Shown here: piece after piece, positions 12,264 through 23,900 of the stretch
Numbering within the stretch: position 1 is the stretch's first letter
Layout of the letters: each line of letters starts with the position of its first letter
Origin: Phoronis australis
Lineage: Eukaryota > Animalia > Phoronida
Direction of reading: 5' to 3'
Length of the DNA stretch: 64,000 bases
Assembly: GCA_002633005.1 (NCBI GenBank)
Contig: NMRA01000110.1
Span: 457,850-521,849, forward strand
Notes under the pieces: model-generated
Seen by the model: the letters and a program-made list of their open reading frames with translations, nothing else
What the model was told of the DNA's origin: nothing
Databases searched by the model: none
Translations under genes and position numbers: made by a program

Positions 12264-13607
12264 AGATAATTTGTCAGAGGAAGTTATATTATTACCTTGT
12301 GTGTGTGTCTTTCAAAACATTTTATGAAACCTATACCAGTAAGATGCAAGTCTCCTTCCTTGGTGATGTCAATCTCACTGAGCTTGTGTGGTCAGGCATA
12401 CTGAACCTTCATCACAACTTCTTTGTGTTAAACAATGCACCCTGCTGGTGCTATCTGTTAGTGTTGAAGGCCATGTGTCAGAGGTAATGTCAGATAGTAG
12501 CCTGAATGAGGTTGATTATTTACACAACAAGATGCCCAGTCAGTGATGTCACTGTTTTAGTATCTAAGACAGTGGTGAGAGTTAAGTATTGTAGGTGTAT
12601 AGCTACTGTGTCTTTGTGTGGACTCTTGTATAGACAGGATATATTGTGGAATGGAGTTCCAGATGTGGTCTGACTGTCAGGGCTGTCCTGTGTGAAACTG
12701 AGCATCAAGGGAGACAACTCATCAGTCATGCTAAAGTATAATTTACTATGATATCCTATATCTCCTCTATTTACTACCCCTATGGTTGGTATCTGTCTCG
12801 TTTGCATTGTCTATTTGTATTTTATCTGAACTGAATAATTAGGTTGTAGTTTATTTTTTGTAGTTTAAGTTGATAGTTTTTTTATATTGTCGTATAATAG
12901 CACTTGTGCTAATGTTTCATTGTTAATCATTACCGACTTTTAAATACAGATGCTGTGGACTGATTGAACTACTAAATATCTGTGTCATGATGTATTACAA
13001 ATTAAAGAAATACTTTAACCTTTTAGATGTGGTATATGAAATGACATTAAATTACAAAGTGTATTTAGGTTACCAAATATTAATTCCAGTTCTATGCTTG
13101 TGTTTACAAATTCTTTTGGTCCCCTTTTGGCTTCCTGCAGTATGAGTTAGTGGTTATAATATACTATAGTTTTCAAATCATCTTAAAATCCACAATCTAT
13201 ATTTTACCTCTGTTTAGCCGTCAATGTTCAATTCTTAGCCTACAGTAAGTGCTTAAGAGTTTAAAAACATTTCATTATCACGTTAATCCTGTGTAGAATT
13301 ATTACAGCATGAGGTGGCAACGCCAGTCATAGGTCGTCAAGTGTGTCATTTTTAAATTCTTAATTTTTGGGGTTGACTAACACTAATAAACTTGGAAACG
13401 TTTTCTTGAGTCGCTGATGGTTTTGATGTTCTTTTTGAAAGGACCAACTTCTCTCTTTCATTAACTGAGAGTCCTAGTAATCTTACAAAGTGGGTGTCCA
13501 AAGGGAGAAATTCTGATTGATAGGGCATCCAAATGATACATTGGGCATCATTGCTAGAGCATCCAGGTTAGTGCTAGGGCGCCCAGGACGTACGCTGCAT
13601 GAAGACC

Positions 13608-14082
13608 TGGTACCAGCTAGACAGAGTGACATGCAGTATAGTCTCACTAGTACCAGTTAGACAGAGTGACATGCAGTATAGCCTTGCTAGTACCGGCTAG
13701 ACAGAGTGACATGCAGTATAGCCTTACTAGTACCAGCTAGACATAGTGACATGCAGAATATAGCCTTACTAGTACCGGTTAGACAAAGTGACATGCAGTA
13801 TAGCCTTACTAGTACCGGCTAGACAGAGTGACATGCAGTATAGTATACTAGTACCAGCTAGACAAAGTGACATGTAGTATAGCCTTACTAGTACCAGCTA
13901 GACATAGTGACATGCAGAATATAGCCTTACTAGTACCGGCTAGACAAAGTGACATGCAGAATATAGCCTTACTAGTACCAGCTAGACAGAGTGACATGCA
14001 GAATATAGCCTTACTAGTACCGGCTAGACAAAGTGATTTGCAGTATAGCCTTACTAGTACCAGCTAGACAGAGTGACATGCA
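13608..14082. repeat. 40-42-bp minisatellite, about 11 copies
   Basis: Unit TAGTACCAGCTAGACAGAGTGACATGCAGTATAGCCTTAC. Confidence 0.95.
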
Positions 14083-15649
14083 ATGTAGTTACGAAAGTAA
14101 GAAGGGCCTTGTGCAGTTTCCACTTTCAAATCTTTATTATGCTCTTACGCTGTAGTTTTATCACCTTATCTGTATGCTTCTTCCAGGAATCAGTCCACTG
14201 TTATGTAGTTTTTATCAAGTTGGCATTTAGAGCCCCGAGTCAGGATTATCACAACCTCCACATTGGTATTCGCTCCATGTGTCTTCCTGTATATAACTAC
14301 ACTTCCATATATGGTATACACTTTCATATATGGTGGTTGGCTATTATATGACTGTTGTTATTTCAGGGACTTATTTTAGAACACAAGGAAATGCATTAGT
14401 CTATACAATCTGTTTTAAAGTATTACTTATCGACAAGTCCAAAACATTCAAGTTTTAGACTTCGCAATGTTTTTCTTTTTGTGAGTCAGAGTGATTATTA
14501 ATTGTAGCAAACGAAAAGTCCTCTAAAATATGTATTGACAAATATGTTCAAATTTATTATATATACATACTGGTAATAATATGTTGATTCGGTAAAATGA
14601 AATAATGCTTTTTAGATGTATGTTAGCTGGTCCAATTAAGTTACTGTTCATATATTGGGCATAAAGTTACAGGCTGATCAATTCGTGCCTTTGGCCAGTT
14701 ATTGAAACCAAGACAAGTGTACTACTGGTCCCAAGGTCACTGAGTGCAGTGTTATGCTGCAATAGAACTAAAACTTACTTTCAGGACCATATTATAGCAG
14801 GCAGGTCCTTACATTGTCATGGTCGGTAACAATCAATTACGAATATCTCATAAAAACTTGTGACTGGTGTGAAAGCCAGTACCAGTCCACTATTAACACT
14901 TTGGGTCATTTTGCAAAATTTCTGATCATTTCATCTTGGCAAAGTTTTCACAATAAAGGTTTGCTGTGTAAATATCCAATTTCTAATGGAGCGCTCTGGG
15001 TGACGATTTCTTCAGCTCACTTTTTGTTCTTGAAAAAGTTCCCTTGGGAGCTATTTGTTCCAAAAATGCCTCAGGGCGCTTTGTGGAGATAGGCACTTGG
15101 TGGATACTGGTGCTTTGTGGAGACTGGCGCTTAGTGGAGACGGGCGCTTTGTGGAGATCGGGGTTTTATCGCCAATCTCTAGTAACCACGTCACGAGCAT
15201 TGTGTTCTCACGCCGATGACTGACTTCTTTCTTTAAAAAAGCGGGAGATTGGTCCAAGTACTTTATGTGATTGTCTGAAGTGTGGCACTAGGTGTCAGTC
15301 AAATAGAAGGGTTACAAAAACTTTCTGAATGGGCGTTTTACTATGACTGAGTTGAATGTTGAGATGACTACAAAGCAACATTGCTTTCAGTTGAAGAGTG
15401 ATTCCTAGCTCACAGCTCCTGTATCCAACTGCATAACTGGTTGATTTTATCTTTTTCATGTACAAGTGATAATGTTGCTCTTCTTGTTACTTTACTGATA
15501 ATTTGATTAAACCTTGTGTAGGTTACTTCCACAGTATTTGGCAATCTGAAATGAACAAAAAATGGGAGATGGGTGAAAGTCATGATCTTGAGCAGAGTAT
15601 TATATTGAAACGTGATTTTATCAAGTGCTGTGGCTTGTGGGGTGTTGAA

Positions 15650-15820
15650 TCAGTTATATCAACGGACATATTATTGGGTCAGTTGTATCAACGGACATAT
15701 TGTTGGGTCAGTTATATCAACGGACATATTGTTGGGTCAGTTATATCAACGGACATATTATTGGGTCAGTTATATCAACGGACATATTGGGCCAGATATA
15801 TCAACGGACATATTATTGGG
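15650..15820. repeat. About 29-bp minisatellite, about 6 copies
   Basis: Unit TCAGTTATATCAACGGACATATTATTGGG. Confidence 0.92.
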
Positions 15821-16646
15821 TTGTCTGACATGACAACAGGATTTCAAACTCATGATTATTTAATTGCATGTTTAATTAACAATTAAGTTGGGTTGCTGAA
15901 ACATGACTGGAAAAATGGACAGTGGCGATTGTTGTATAAGGACTTTTCAACCACTTTCAGTTCCAACCCATCCCCGTATTTGCCAGCGCCTTTACTTAGA
16001 CTGTTGTCTCAGACAGTGCATTCAATGTTAGACTGTTGTCTCAGACAGTGCATTCAATCTACTCATCTGTCACTAACAGGCAATACTCTGTTTACAATGT
16101 TAACATATTTCACTTACAGTAAAGTTGATGACATAATTGTCATTTTCCCTTTTGAACACCCACACTGACCTTGTACTGTCAAAAGTTCATTGTAAAGGTC
16201 ATGGAGGTCACCAGCCTTAAACTTGTATGGTTGAGTGTGTGTGATATGTTTCATTGGTTGTTAAGGTTATCTCAAACTTTATTTAGTGACCTCCATTCTA
16301 AATTATATCAAAAATACCAGGTTATGTCTACCAGTGTAAGTATATATTTTTGAGAAAGAAAAAGATCGAAGATTATAAACATTTAGTTTATATGTATGTA
16401 CCATTATTATTACTGTTATTGTTATTATTATTACAGCCTCAACACTTTTTTAAGTCCAAATTTATTTCATTTGTAAGAACAGTACATCATAGTAAAATAA
16501 TCCTTTGGTCGAATTTGATAAAATCCTTTTTATATGAAAACCTCACTTTACTGCAAGAACTTCCGATTACTCATTTGGTTTTGTTTGTATGACTCTCTTG
16601 ATTTTGTTTCTATGGAAAATTAACTCGCAAAATGTAAGGTACTTTT

Positions 16647-17112
16647 TAATAAAAACAACAGTTTTAAAACGGCTTGACAGATCTCAGTGTTAAGTGTTTT
16701 ATATAGGCGAAACTGTTTGCCATTTGAAAACCAGGACCAGGGAACATCTACAGAGGTTCATATCTAAAGATTCATGTACAGAGCTCCAATCATTCAATGC
16801 TCTTTCAATGACTTTGCTATAATAGACCAAGCAGAAACAACAAAGGAGCTTAAAATTCCTGAGGCTCTGCACATCAGTTGGTGCAAGCCCAACCTCAATA
16901 GACAACTGGCACACCACAGGTTGTCATTGTTGGTCTAGTTCATTGTCACTCCCTGTTAATGACTGTCTGTGTTTCATGACTTGTTGCTGGGCTTAGCTTG
17001 CTAGGTGGCCACCATGTTCTCTCTCCTTCTGATGATGGTGTTTCAATAAATGACACAGAAACATGTCAAGCCGGTTTTGTTGTTTTTATTAATATTTGCT
17101 GCTACTTGCTAT
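16647..17112 (+). mobile_element. 5'-truncated, frameshifted Penelope-like retroelement (GIY-YIG endonuclease remnant) with inverted 5' segment
   Basis: From 16700 the + strand reads YIGETVCHLKTRTREHL (YIG..R...EH motif). After a frameshift, 16801-16938 reads SFNDFAIIDQAETTKELKIPEALHISWCKPNLNRQLAHHRLSLLV*. Hammerhead at 17026-17070. 16647-16691 is a degenerate inverted copy of 17052-17091. Degraded flanking duplication TAAGGTACTTTT / TAAAGTATTTTT. Confidence 0.88.
17026..17070 (+). ncRNA. Minimal type I hammerhead ribozyme motif (degenerate)
   Basis: CTT-CTGATGA-TG-GTGTT-tcaataaat-GACAC-A-GAAA-CATGTC^-AAG: intact CUGAUGA and GAAA, palindromic ACAUGU stem III, GUC triplet, 3-bp stem I. The stem II closing pair is G-A rather than G-C. 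Confidence 0.7.
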
Positions 17113-17990
17113 CATAAAGTATTTTTGTGTTAAACAGCAATCCTATATGTCAACCTTATAGTATGCAAAAAACTAGATGTTAAAAGAAAAATCCTAACCA
17201 CGTTTTTGAGATTAATGAATAAATATTGAAATTGGAAAGTTCCAGTGACAATCACCAAGTCGTTTTCGATAACCCATTATCCTAAGTTCAAATCAAGTCG
17301 ATTTCCCGAAGCCGAGAAAAAGCCGGAAATGTTACGAGTCATGAAAACTAATTATTCAGTGAAAATGTAACGTATACATCTAATACCATGTTAGCTATTT
17401 GAACATTAAATCATAATATCAACTGAATTGACAAAAAAACGCAGGAAAGCTTTGTCAACTATTAAACTATATATTTCTGACAGAAAAATGATTTGGGGAA
17501 TTAGAAAATATGTTCTATATTTATGTACTATTATTAATATTCCGTCAACACTTTTAAGTCAAAATTTCATTTTTAAGAAAGGTACTTTCTTAGCAAAATG
17601 ACCCCTCGGTCGATTTTATTGAAACCTTTTATAAATGAAAACTTCACCAGTCACCTCAAAAATGCTGTTTGCAATTTTCGATTAGTCTTTTCATTAGGTT
17701 TCTATGACATATCAACTCGCAAAACATAAGGTATTTTTGTAAAAAATAGAAGTCGTATTTGTCTTCATTACGTTATGCAAAAGCTAGGCCTTTATATCGA
17801 AAATGCTTACTGCGTTTTTGATATTGATGAATAAATATTAAGTTTGGAAAGTTTCAGCGAAATCCACCGAGCCGTTTTCGAGAACTTTCTTTGTTGGCAA
17901 TAGTAATGGAGGACATGAGGTGAATGACAGACAAGAAGTTTAACCTTTAATTCTTACTTTGTTGACAGTAGTACCAGAGGCCATGAGAGA

Positions 17991-20900
17991 ATGTCAGACA
18001 TGTCAAGGAAGATGAACAAAGTTCGTGACTTCTTCAAGCCCAAGAAGGACAAGAGGGATAAAAGTTTGGCTGCATCCAACGACGGTCCTTCTGAGATTGG
18101 GGCACCATTTTCCTTCTCACACAACATTCATGTGGGCTTCGACTCGGTGACAGGCGAGTTCAAAGGTCTACCTAGCTCATGGAATACATGGCTAAATACC
18201 TCAAACATTACGTAAGTGATTGGTATTATGACATGATTAGACCTGTCAGTTAAAGTACTACTGATTCATCATGCAGTATTGAGAAACAGATCAGTACTAG
18301 CTCAACCAGGTTAGGAGACTGTAACACCTCATGCACCAGGTAAACTGGACACTTTTGCCTTGTAAAACATCATGGGCCAGGTAAACTGGACACTAATGCC
18401 TTGTAACACCTCATGCACCAGGTAGACTGGACACTAATGCCTTGTAACACCTCATGGACCAGGTAAACTGGACACTAATGCCTTTTAACACCTCATGGAC
18501 CAGGTAAACTGGACACTAATGCCTTTTAACACCTCATGCACCAGGTAAACTGGACACTTTTGCCTTGTAACACCTCATGCACCAGGTAAACTGGACACTT
18601 ATGCCTTGTAACACCCCATGGACCAGGTAAACTGGACACTTATGCTTTGTAACACCTCATGGACCAGAAATAGACAAAGACAAAGGTAAAGTAGGCTGCT
18701 TGTACCAGATACATAGTTGTACCTCAAGAATTTTGGCTGATTACTGAATACCAGCATTGGTAGACCTCTGATAAATTCTTTAACATGGATTGGAAAGACT
18801 GGATATATCCCTGTACCTTGGGTGGAAGCAAATAATAGATTTTGGGTACATGTATATTAAACCTGTCATATTGGAAATAACATGCGTTTGGCTTATCATA
18901 TCGTCATGCTGAAATTCTATGTGGGTGCAATGTTTGTTGAGTGTTCAGAGAAAAATTTCGTCATTGCACCTTTTCATTGTTTTTTATGTTACATGCAAGT
19001 TGTTTTGAATTAGCTGTTGTTGAATCCACTTTCATTACTCTCTGTATATGACTATACTGTGTGTATATTCACTTTCATTTCGCTCTGTACATAGCTACAC
19101 TGTGTGTATATTCACTTTCATTCCTCTCTGTACATGACTACACTGTGTGTGTGTATACACTTTCATTTCTGTCCTTACAAGTTATACTGTGTATCTTCAA
19201 TTTCTCTAATTCTTCCCATTTTCTGTCCTCACAGTAAAACTGAACAGCAGGAGAATCCTGATGCTGTTCTCAATGCACTCAAGTTCTATGACTACTCCAT
19301 GAAGAAGGGCATTGGGCCCTCCAAGTTTATGGTCGCACAGACAACCATTGAACCTGACGACGGTGGAGATGTCGCGGAGAGGACGTCGAGTTCTGGCGAA
19401 TCAGAGGGCAGGCCTATCTCTGAGATCTCCAACGAGGGTCGCGTTGATGAACCAGCGAGACCTGTGCCAGCTCCAAGGAAAGATGTAAGTGATGAGTATT
19501 CAGAGTCACTTGACACAGGTGGTGGTGACAATGTTTCTAGGCAATGTGACTCTCTTTGCTGGGGGAACATTGTTAGTGGTTTGGCAATGACGTAACACAC
19601 TAATAACTTCATTGTGTAATGGGGCTTGATATAAACTGCTGGTTGTTGTTTTGAAATGGAATAGAACCAGGTTGAAATGCACTCTATATAATTTACACAT
19701 GTGTGCAACATTATTTGTCCAGAGAAACACTTAATTAGCAATTGTTTTTTATCACTAAACATTATACACTATGTAGTTCTGTCTTCATGAATTGGACAAG
19801 TGAAGAGGCTAAAGGCCGTTTCTGATTATTGAAGGCTTCTTCAATTTCACTTCTAAAAGAAACCACCTTTTGTGTGTGGGGAGGAGGTAAATCCTGAAAC
19901 AATCTTTTGCTTGGATTTGCGTATTGGTAAATCCTCATACAATCCTTTGCTTGGATTTAGGTGTGGGTAAATGCTCAAACAATCGTTTGCTTGGATTCCT
20001 CAATCAATCCTTTACTTAGATTTGTGTTTGGGTAAATCCTCAGACATCCCTGTCCTTGGATTTGGGTGTGGTTAAATCCTCAAACAATCCTTTGCTTGGA
20101 TTTGTGTTTGGGTAAATCCTCAATGCTGGCTTTCCTCCTGGAATCTTATCTTGCTCTCTTGCTAAACGCTAGGAAATGCTGCGCTGCTTTGATGCTGACA
20201 GCTGTGCTGAAAATACAAATTTGTTTGTTTTTAAATGAGGATAAGATCATTGGGACTTCTACTGAGGTCACACTTGAGATATCAAGATAAAGAAACTATC
20301 ACTCTAATTTTAATACCTGTCACATTTTGTATTTTGTACTTTAAAAGTAGTATTCATCACCTTTAGTTAACAACAAACTTTTGATTTAGGCCACTTATCA
20401 TTATGAAAGTCATTTCACTTCACGTTGCTCCTTGTTGAGGTTTGCAGTGATCGTTGGGTTTGGGTGGAGCTGACTGTTACTGTTTGAGACTAGGAGGCAT
20501 AGATGCTAGGGAGCCTGTTTAGGTGCAGCTGACTATCATGGTTGGAGATTAGGGGGCCTGTTTTGGTGGAGCGGAGTGTTATTGTTTGAGATTAGGGGCC
20601 TGTTTGGGTGGAGCTGACTGTTATTGTTGGAGACTAGGAGCCAGTTTGTAGCAGAGTCTGGTGTCTTGGCTCTTTTGAATTCTGGCTAAAAACAATCCTG
20701 TGGGTGACCTGTTGCATGAAAACCAGGCTAAGGCGGAAAGTTGGAAAACCTCTCTACAACTGGAAGTCAAAAATCCATAGTCTCCTTGAATAAACAAAAG
20801 ACAACTTTTCGAGAAACACAAAACATAACTTCTGGCTATTCGTAGTCGAAGTCAAAAGAGTAAATCCAATATATTATTTAAGAAACAGGTATGTAGATTT

Positions 20901-23900
20901 ATGCATTATGTGGGGGTATTGTGCTGTAATGTATCTCTTTCCATCTGGGGCCTGTCTGGTATCTATCAGGTGTCTGTCTGGCATCCATCTTGTGTCTGTC
21001 TGGTGTACGATTGATTTCGACAGAGTTGATCTGCATTTTGCCTACAGGGGCCTTTTTCTTGTTTTTGATAACTTATTTGTTGCTCTTCTCACTGTCCTCC
21101 GAACTTTGTGAAGAATTACGATGAAGGAAAACAGGTGCGTTCCTATTGAGGAGAACATTGCAGACTTGTTTTTACCCCACCTAGGGGATAATTTAGGCTC
21201 AGTAGCATCGGGCTCTTTGTTGGAAATGTTTAAAATAATGGTTATTTCTTGTATATGTGCTGTGAGTGATGTGGTCATATCCATGCTCTGCGTTGCTCTT
21301 GTCCAGATAATGGTAAGTGGCCAAACTCAAAAGTTCATTTTCTCTCAAAGTTGTTCACAACAGCTTACGTTATTTACTACAACATCAGTAAGCCCATTGT
21401 TGTATTTTGCACACTTGTTTGCTGTAGTCTTCATTGCCTGCCCTCTTCACCTCTGCTCTCTGCACTGCGTAATGCTTTGCAATTTCAGAAAAAGGAAAAG
21501 GAAACAGAAAATGATATATTATACGAAAATGTAGAAAAAAATACAGACCCACCGAAAAATGATATAGGCACAAGCCCTGAATTAAAATTACCACCCAAGT
21601 GTGTGAAGCCGCCGGATGCTGAACAAATACCGCCGATACCGGCGAAACGAAAGACTAAGGTAACTGGGGTTTGATGGTGTTTGGCATGGCTTGTTGTGGG
21701 TTTAGCTGCCCTTATAATTTTTTCCTGCATGTGGAGGTTAGTTTTGATTAATATGAATTTCATTGAGTTTGAGTGTATCGTCTCAGTCTTGAGTGTGGCA
21801 CCAACTTTTGTTAATGATGTTTTGAACAAAATCAGCCTTACGATGAACGAGGCGAGACTAGTTTAAAGCAAAGTATTGTTCAGAATCACTTTTGGTTTTG
21901 TTCAAACATTATCGGTATTGATCATTGTAAGTATTGTTTGAGTTGATTGCGTGGTCAACGGTTATCATCTGAATGTAAGTTGTTGGTAAGATAACTAACC
22001 AGAGTTCTAAATCTACTTTTTGTCAGCATGAGGCTGGATACATGTAGAATGTTGGCAATGATAATCTAAATCAGGTATTGAACACATCATGTGAAAGTTG
22101 CTTGCTTGTGTACTCATCTGGTATTAAGTTTCACATAGGTGATGAGATGTATGTTGGCAATATGACACCAAATTGTTGATGGCAATCTAGTAATGACTGG
22201 TCAGTTGTAGATGATGATCAGATGTTGAACATTTGAGGGTCTGGACTTGTTGTGTTTTAAGTTGATGACTTAAGTATGACTATCACTTGTCATGTCAACC
22301 CAGCTGTGTGGGACAATGACTCTCATACCAGTATAGAATAGACATGCATGTATAATTACTGGTATATTCCTACGTAGAAGGGATTTAATTAAATTTGGCT
22401 GCTCGTCTTTGCTGTCTTACAAAAAGGTTTCAATTGATTTCATCCGTCTTCTCTCTTCGACGTTAGAATGCTCGGGGAAAAAATGAGTGTCTGATATGAC
22501 AACACACAGGGAAATTCCCGTCTACAGGTACATGTAGACGTGGCGGTATTTTTGTTAAAACAGTGTGATGAAGAGCAGTAATGTTTTACAGGAAGTCGAC
22601 GGAATATTCAGGAAATGTTGGGTAATGCTTTGTTTATTTAGTGCTATTGGGTGACCTATATACAACTTGGTGAAAGGGATTACTTCTCTTTCATTTGAAT
22701 TGCATTTGGTTGTTTGAAGGTGAAGGTATGCAGTAGTTGTTTATAAATAAATGCCATCTACATTACAATCCACGGCAGGAGGGGGGGGTTGTTGCATGAG
22801 TCATTTTTAAGTGGTTTAAAAGGATAGGAAACCCCCTTTTGGTGATTTCGATCAATCCTCGTTCTGTCACTTGGTAATCCTGCTCTGGTGTCAGACTGGA
22901 ATGTCAGAAGCACGATTCAACTAAAAACTCATCTTTGTCGCAGATTTGATGTTGAACTTCTTGGTAGAAGGTCTTTCCTTCCAGTAGTTGTTTAACTTGC
23001 CTCAAGTGGCCATCACGCTTGCCCTGTTAGCAGATTTTATGAAGAGTTTTCAAATTTTTGTCCAAACTTTTGTCAGCTGTTAAGGGGAGCAGACCATTAC
23101 TTTATTTCAGTGAAGTTGATGGGAAAGTTGTTTGTCGTATCTGTTCACGGCCAAAACTGGCCAACTTAAACCATGCTTTTTGTCAAAATTGGTTTAGGCC
23201 ATTTCCTGTTGTAAAACAGTGCTATCTTGTTCCTTACTCAGTTTACAAGTGATGCCTTTGCTCGAGATCAGCTGTCTGTTCACTAATTCTTCAGATCACG
23301 TGAAACTTTATGAACTTGGCTTCATGAAGACAATTTATGAACTTGGCTTCAAGAAATGAAAAACCATCAGTTCTTTCCCAGCCCAGAAATTGAACTCATT
23401 TTGAGTGAAGAAAATTTTGAGACCCAATTTCATAATGATAACCAACTTAAGTCAAAATTTATATGTGTTATGCACTCCACACATATAACTGCATTATCAG
23501 GAGTACAAAGATGTCTACTCTGCACTATCAAAGCACATGCATGATCTTTGCGAAAACACGTGCAAGTTCCTCCCCAAATTGCGTGCATGGTCTCCCCAAA
23601 ACACTTGCATGGTCTCCCCAAAACACTTGCATGGTCTCCCCAAAACACTTGCATGGTCTCTCCAAGACACATACATGGTTGCTCCAAAACACATGGTGTC
23701 GCCTAAAAATATTAGGAATTGTTTGTGATGGAAGATAGATTTTGTTGAGGAATTATAAAATATTGAATTGGAATTTTCTTTTTAGAACAGGAATTAAGTT
23801 TTAGTTTTTACTTTCCTGTAGAAGTTCTTTTTTAACTTGTTTGACTAGAATTAATGGTCGTAGTTTTTGTTATCATTTCTTGCTATGTATTTAGGACACA

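Larger units (their letters stand above)
16438..17885. mobile_element. Two diverged copies of an AT-rich interspersed repeat; the first is split by the Penelope-like insertion
   Basis: 16438-16646 plus about 17113-17270 align by eye with the contiguous copy at about 17546-17885 (e.g. AACTCGCAAAA..TAAGGTA; ATGAATAAATATT..TTGGAAAGTT). Confidence 0.6.

Noticed and set aside
19292-19762. 156-aa minus-strand ORF (and similar antisense ORFs over other exons)
   Set aside because: Antisense shadow of a real PAK coding exon.
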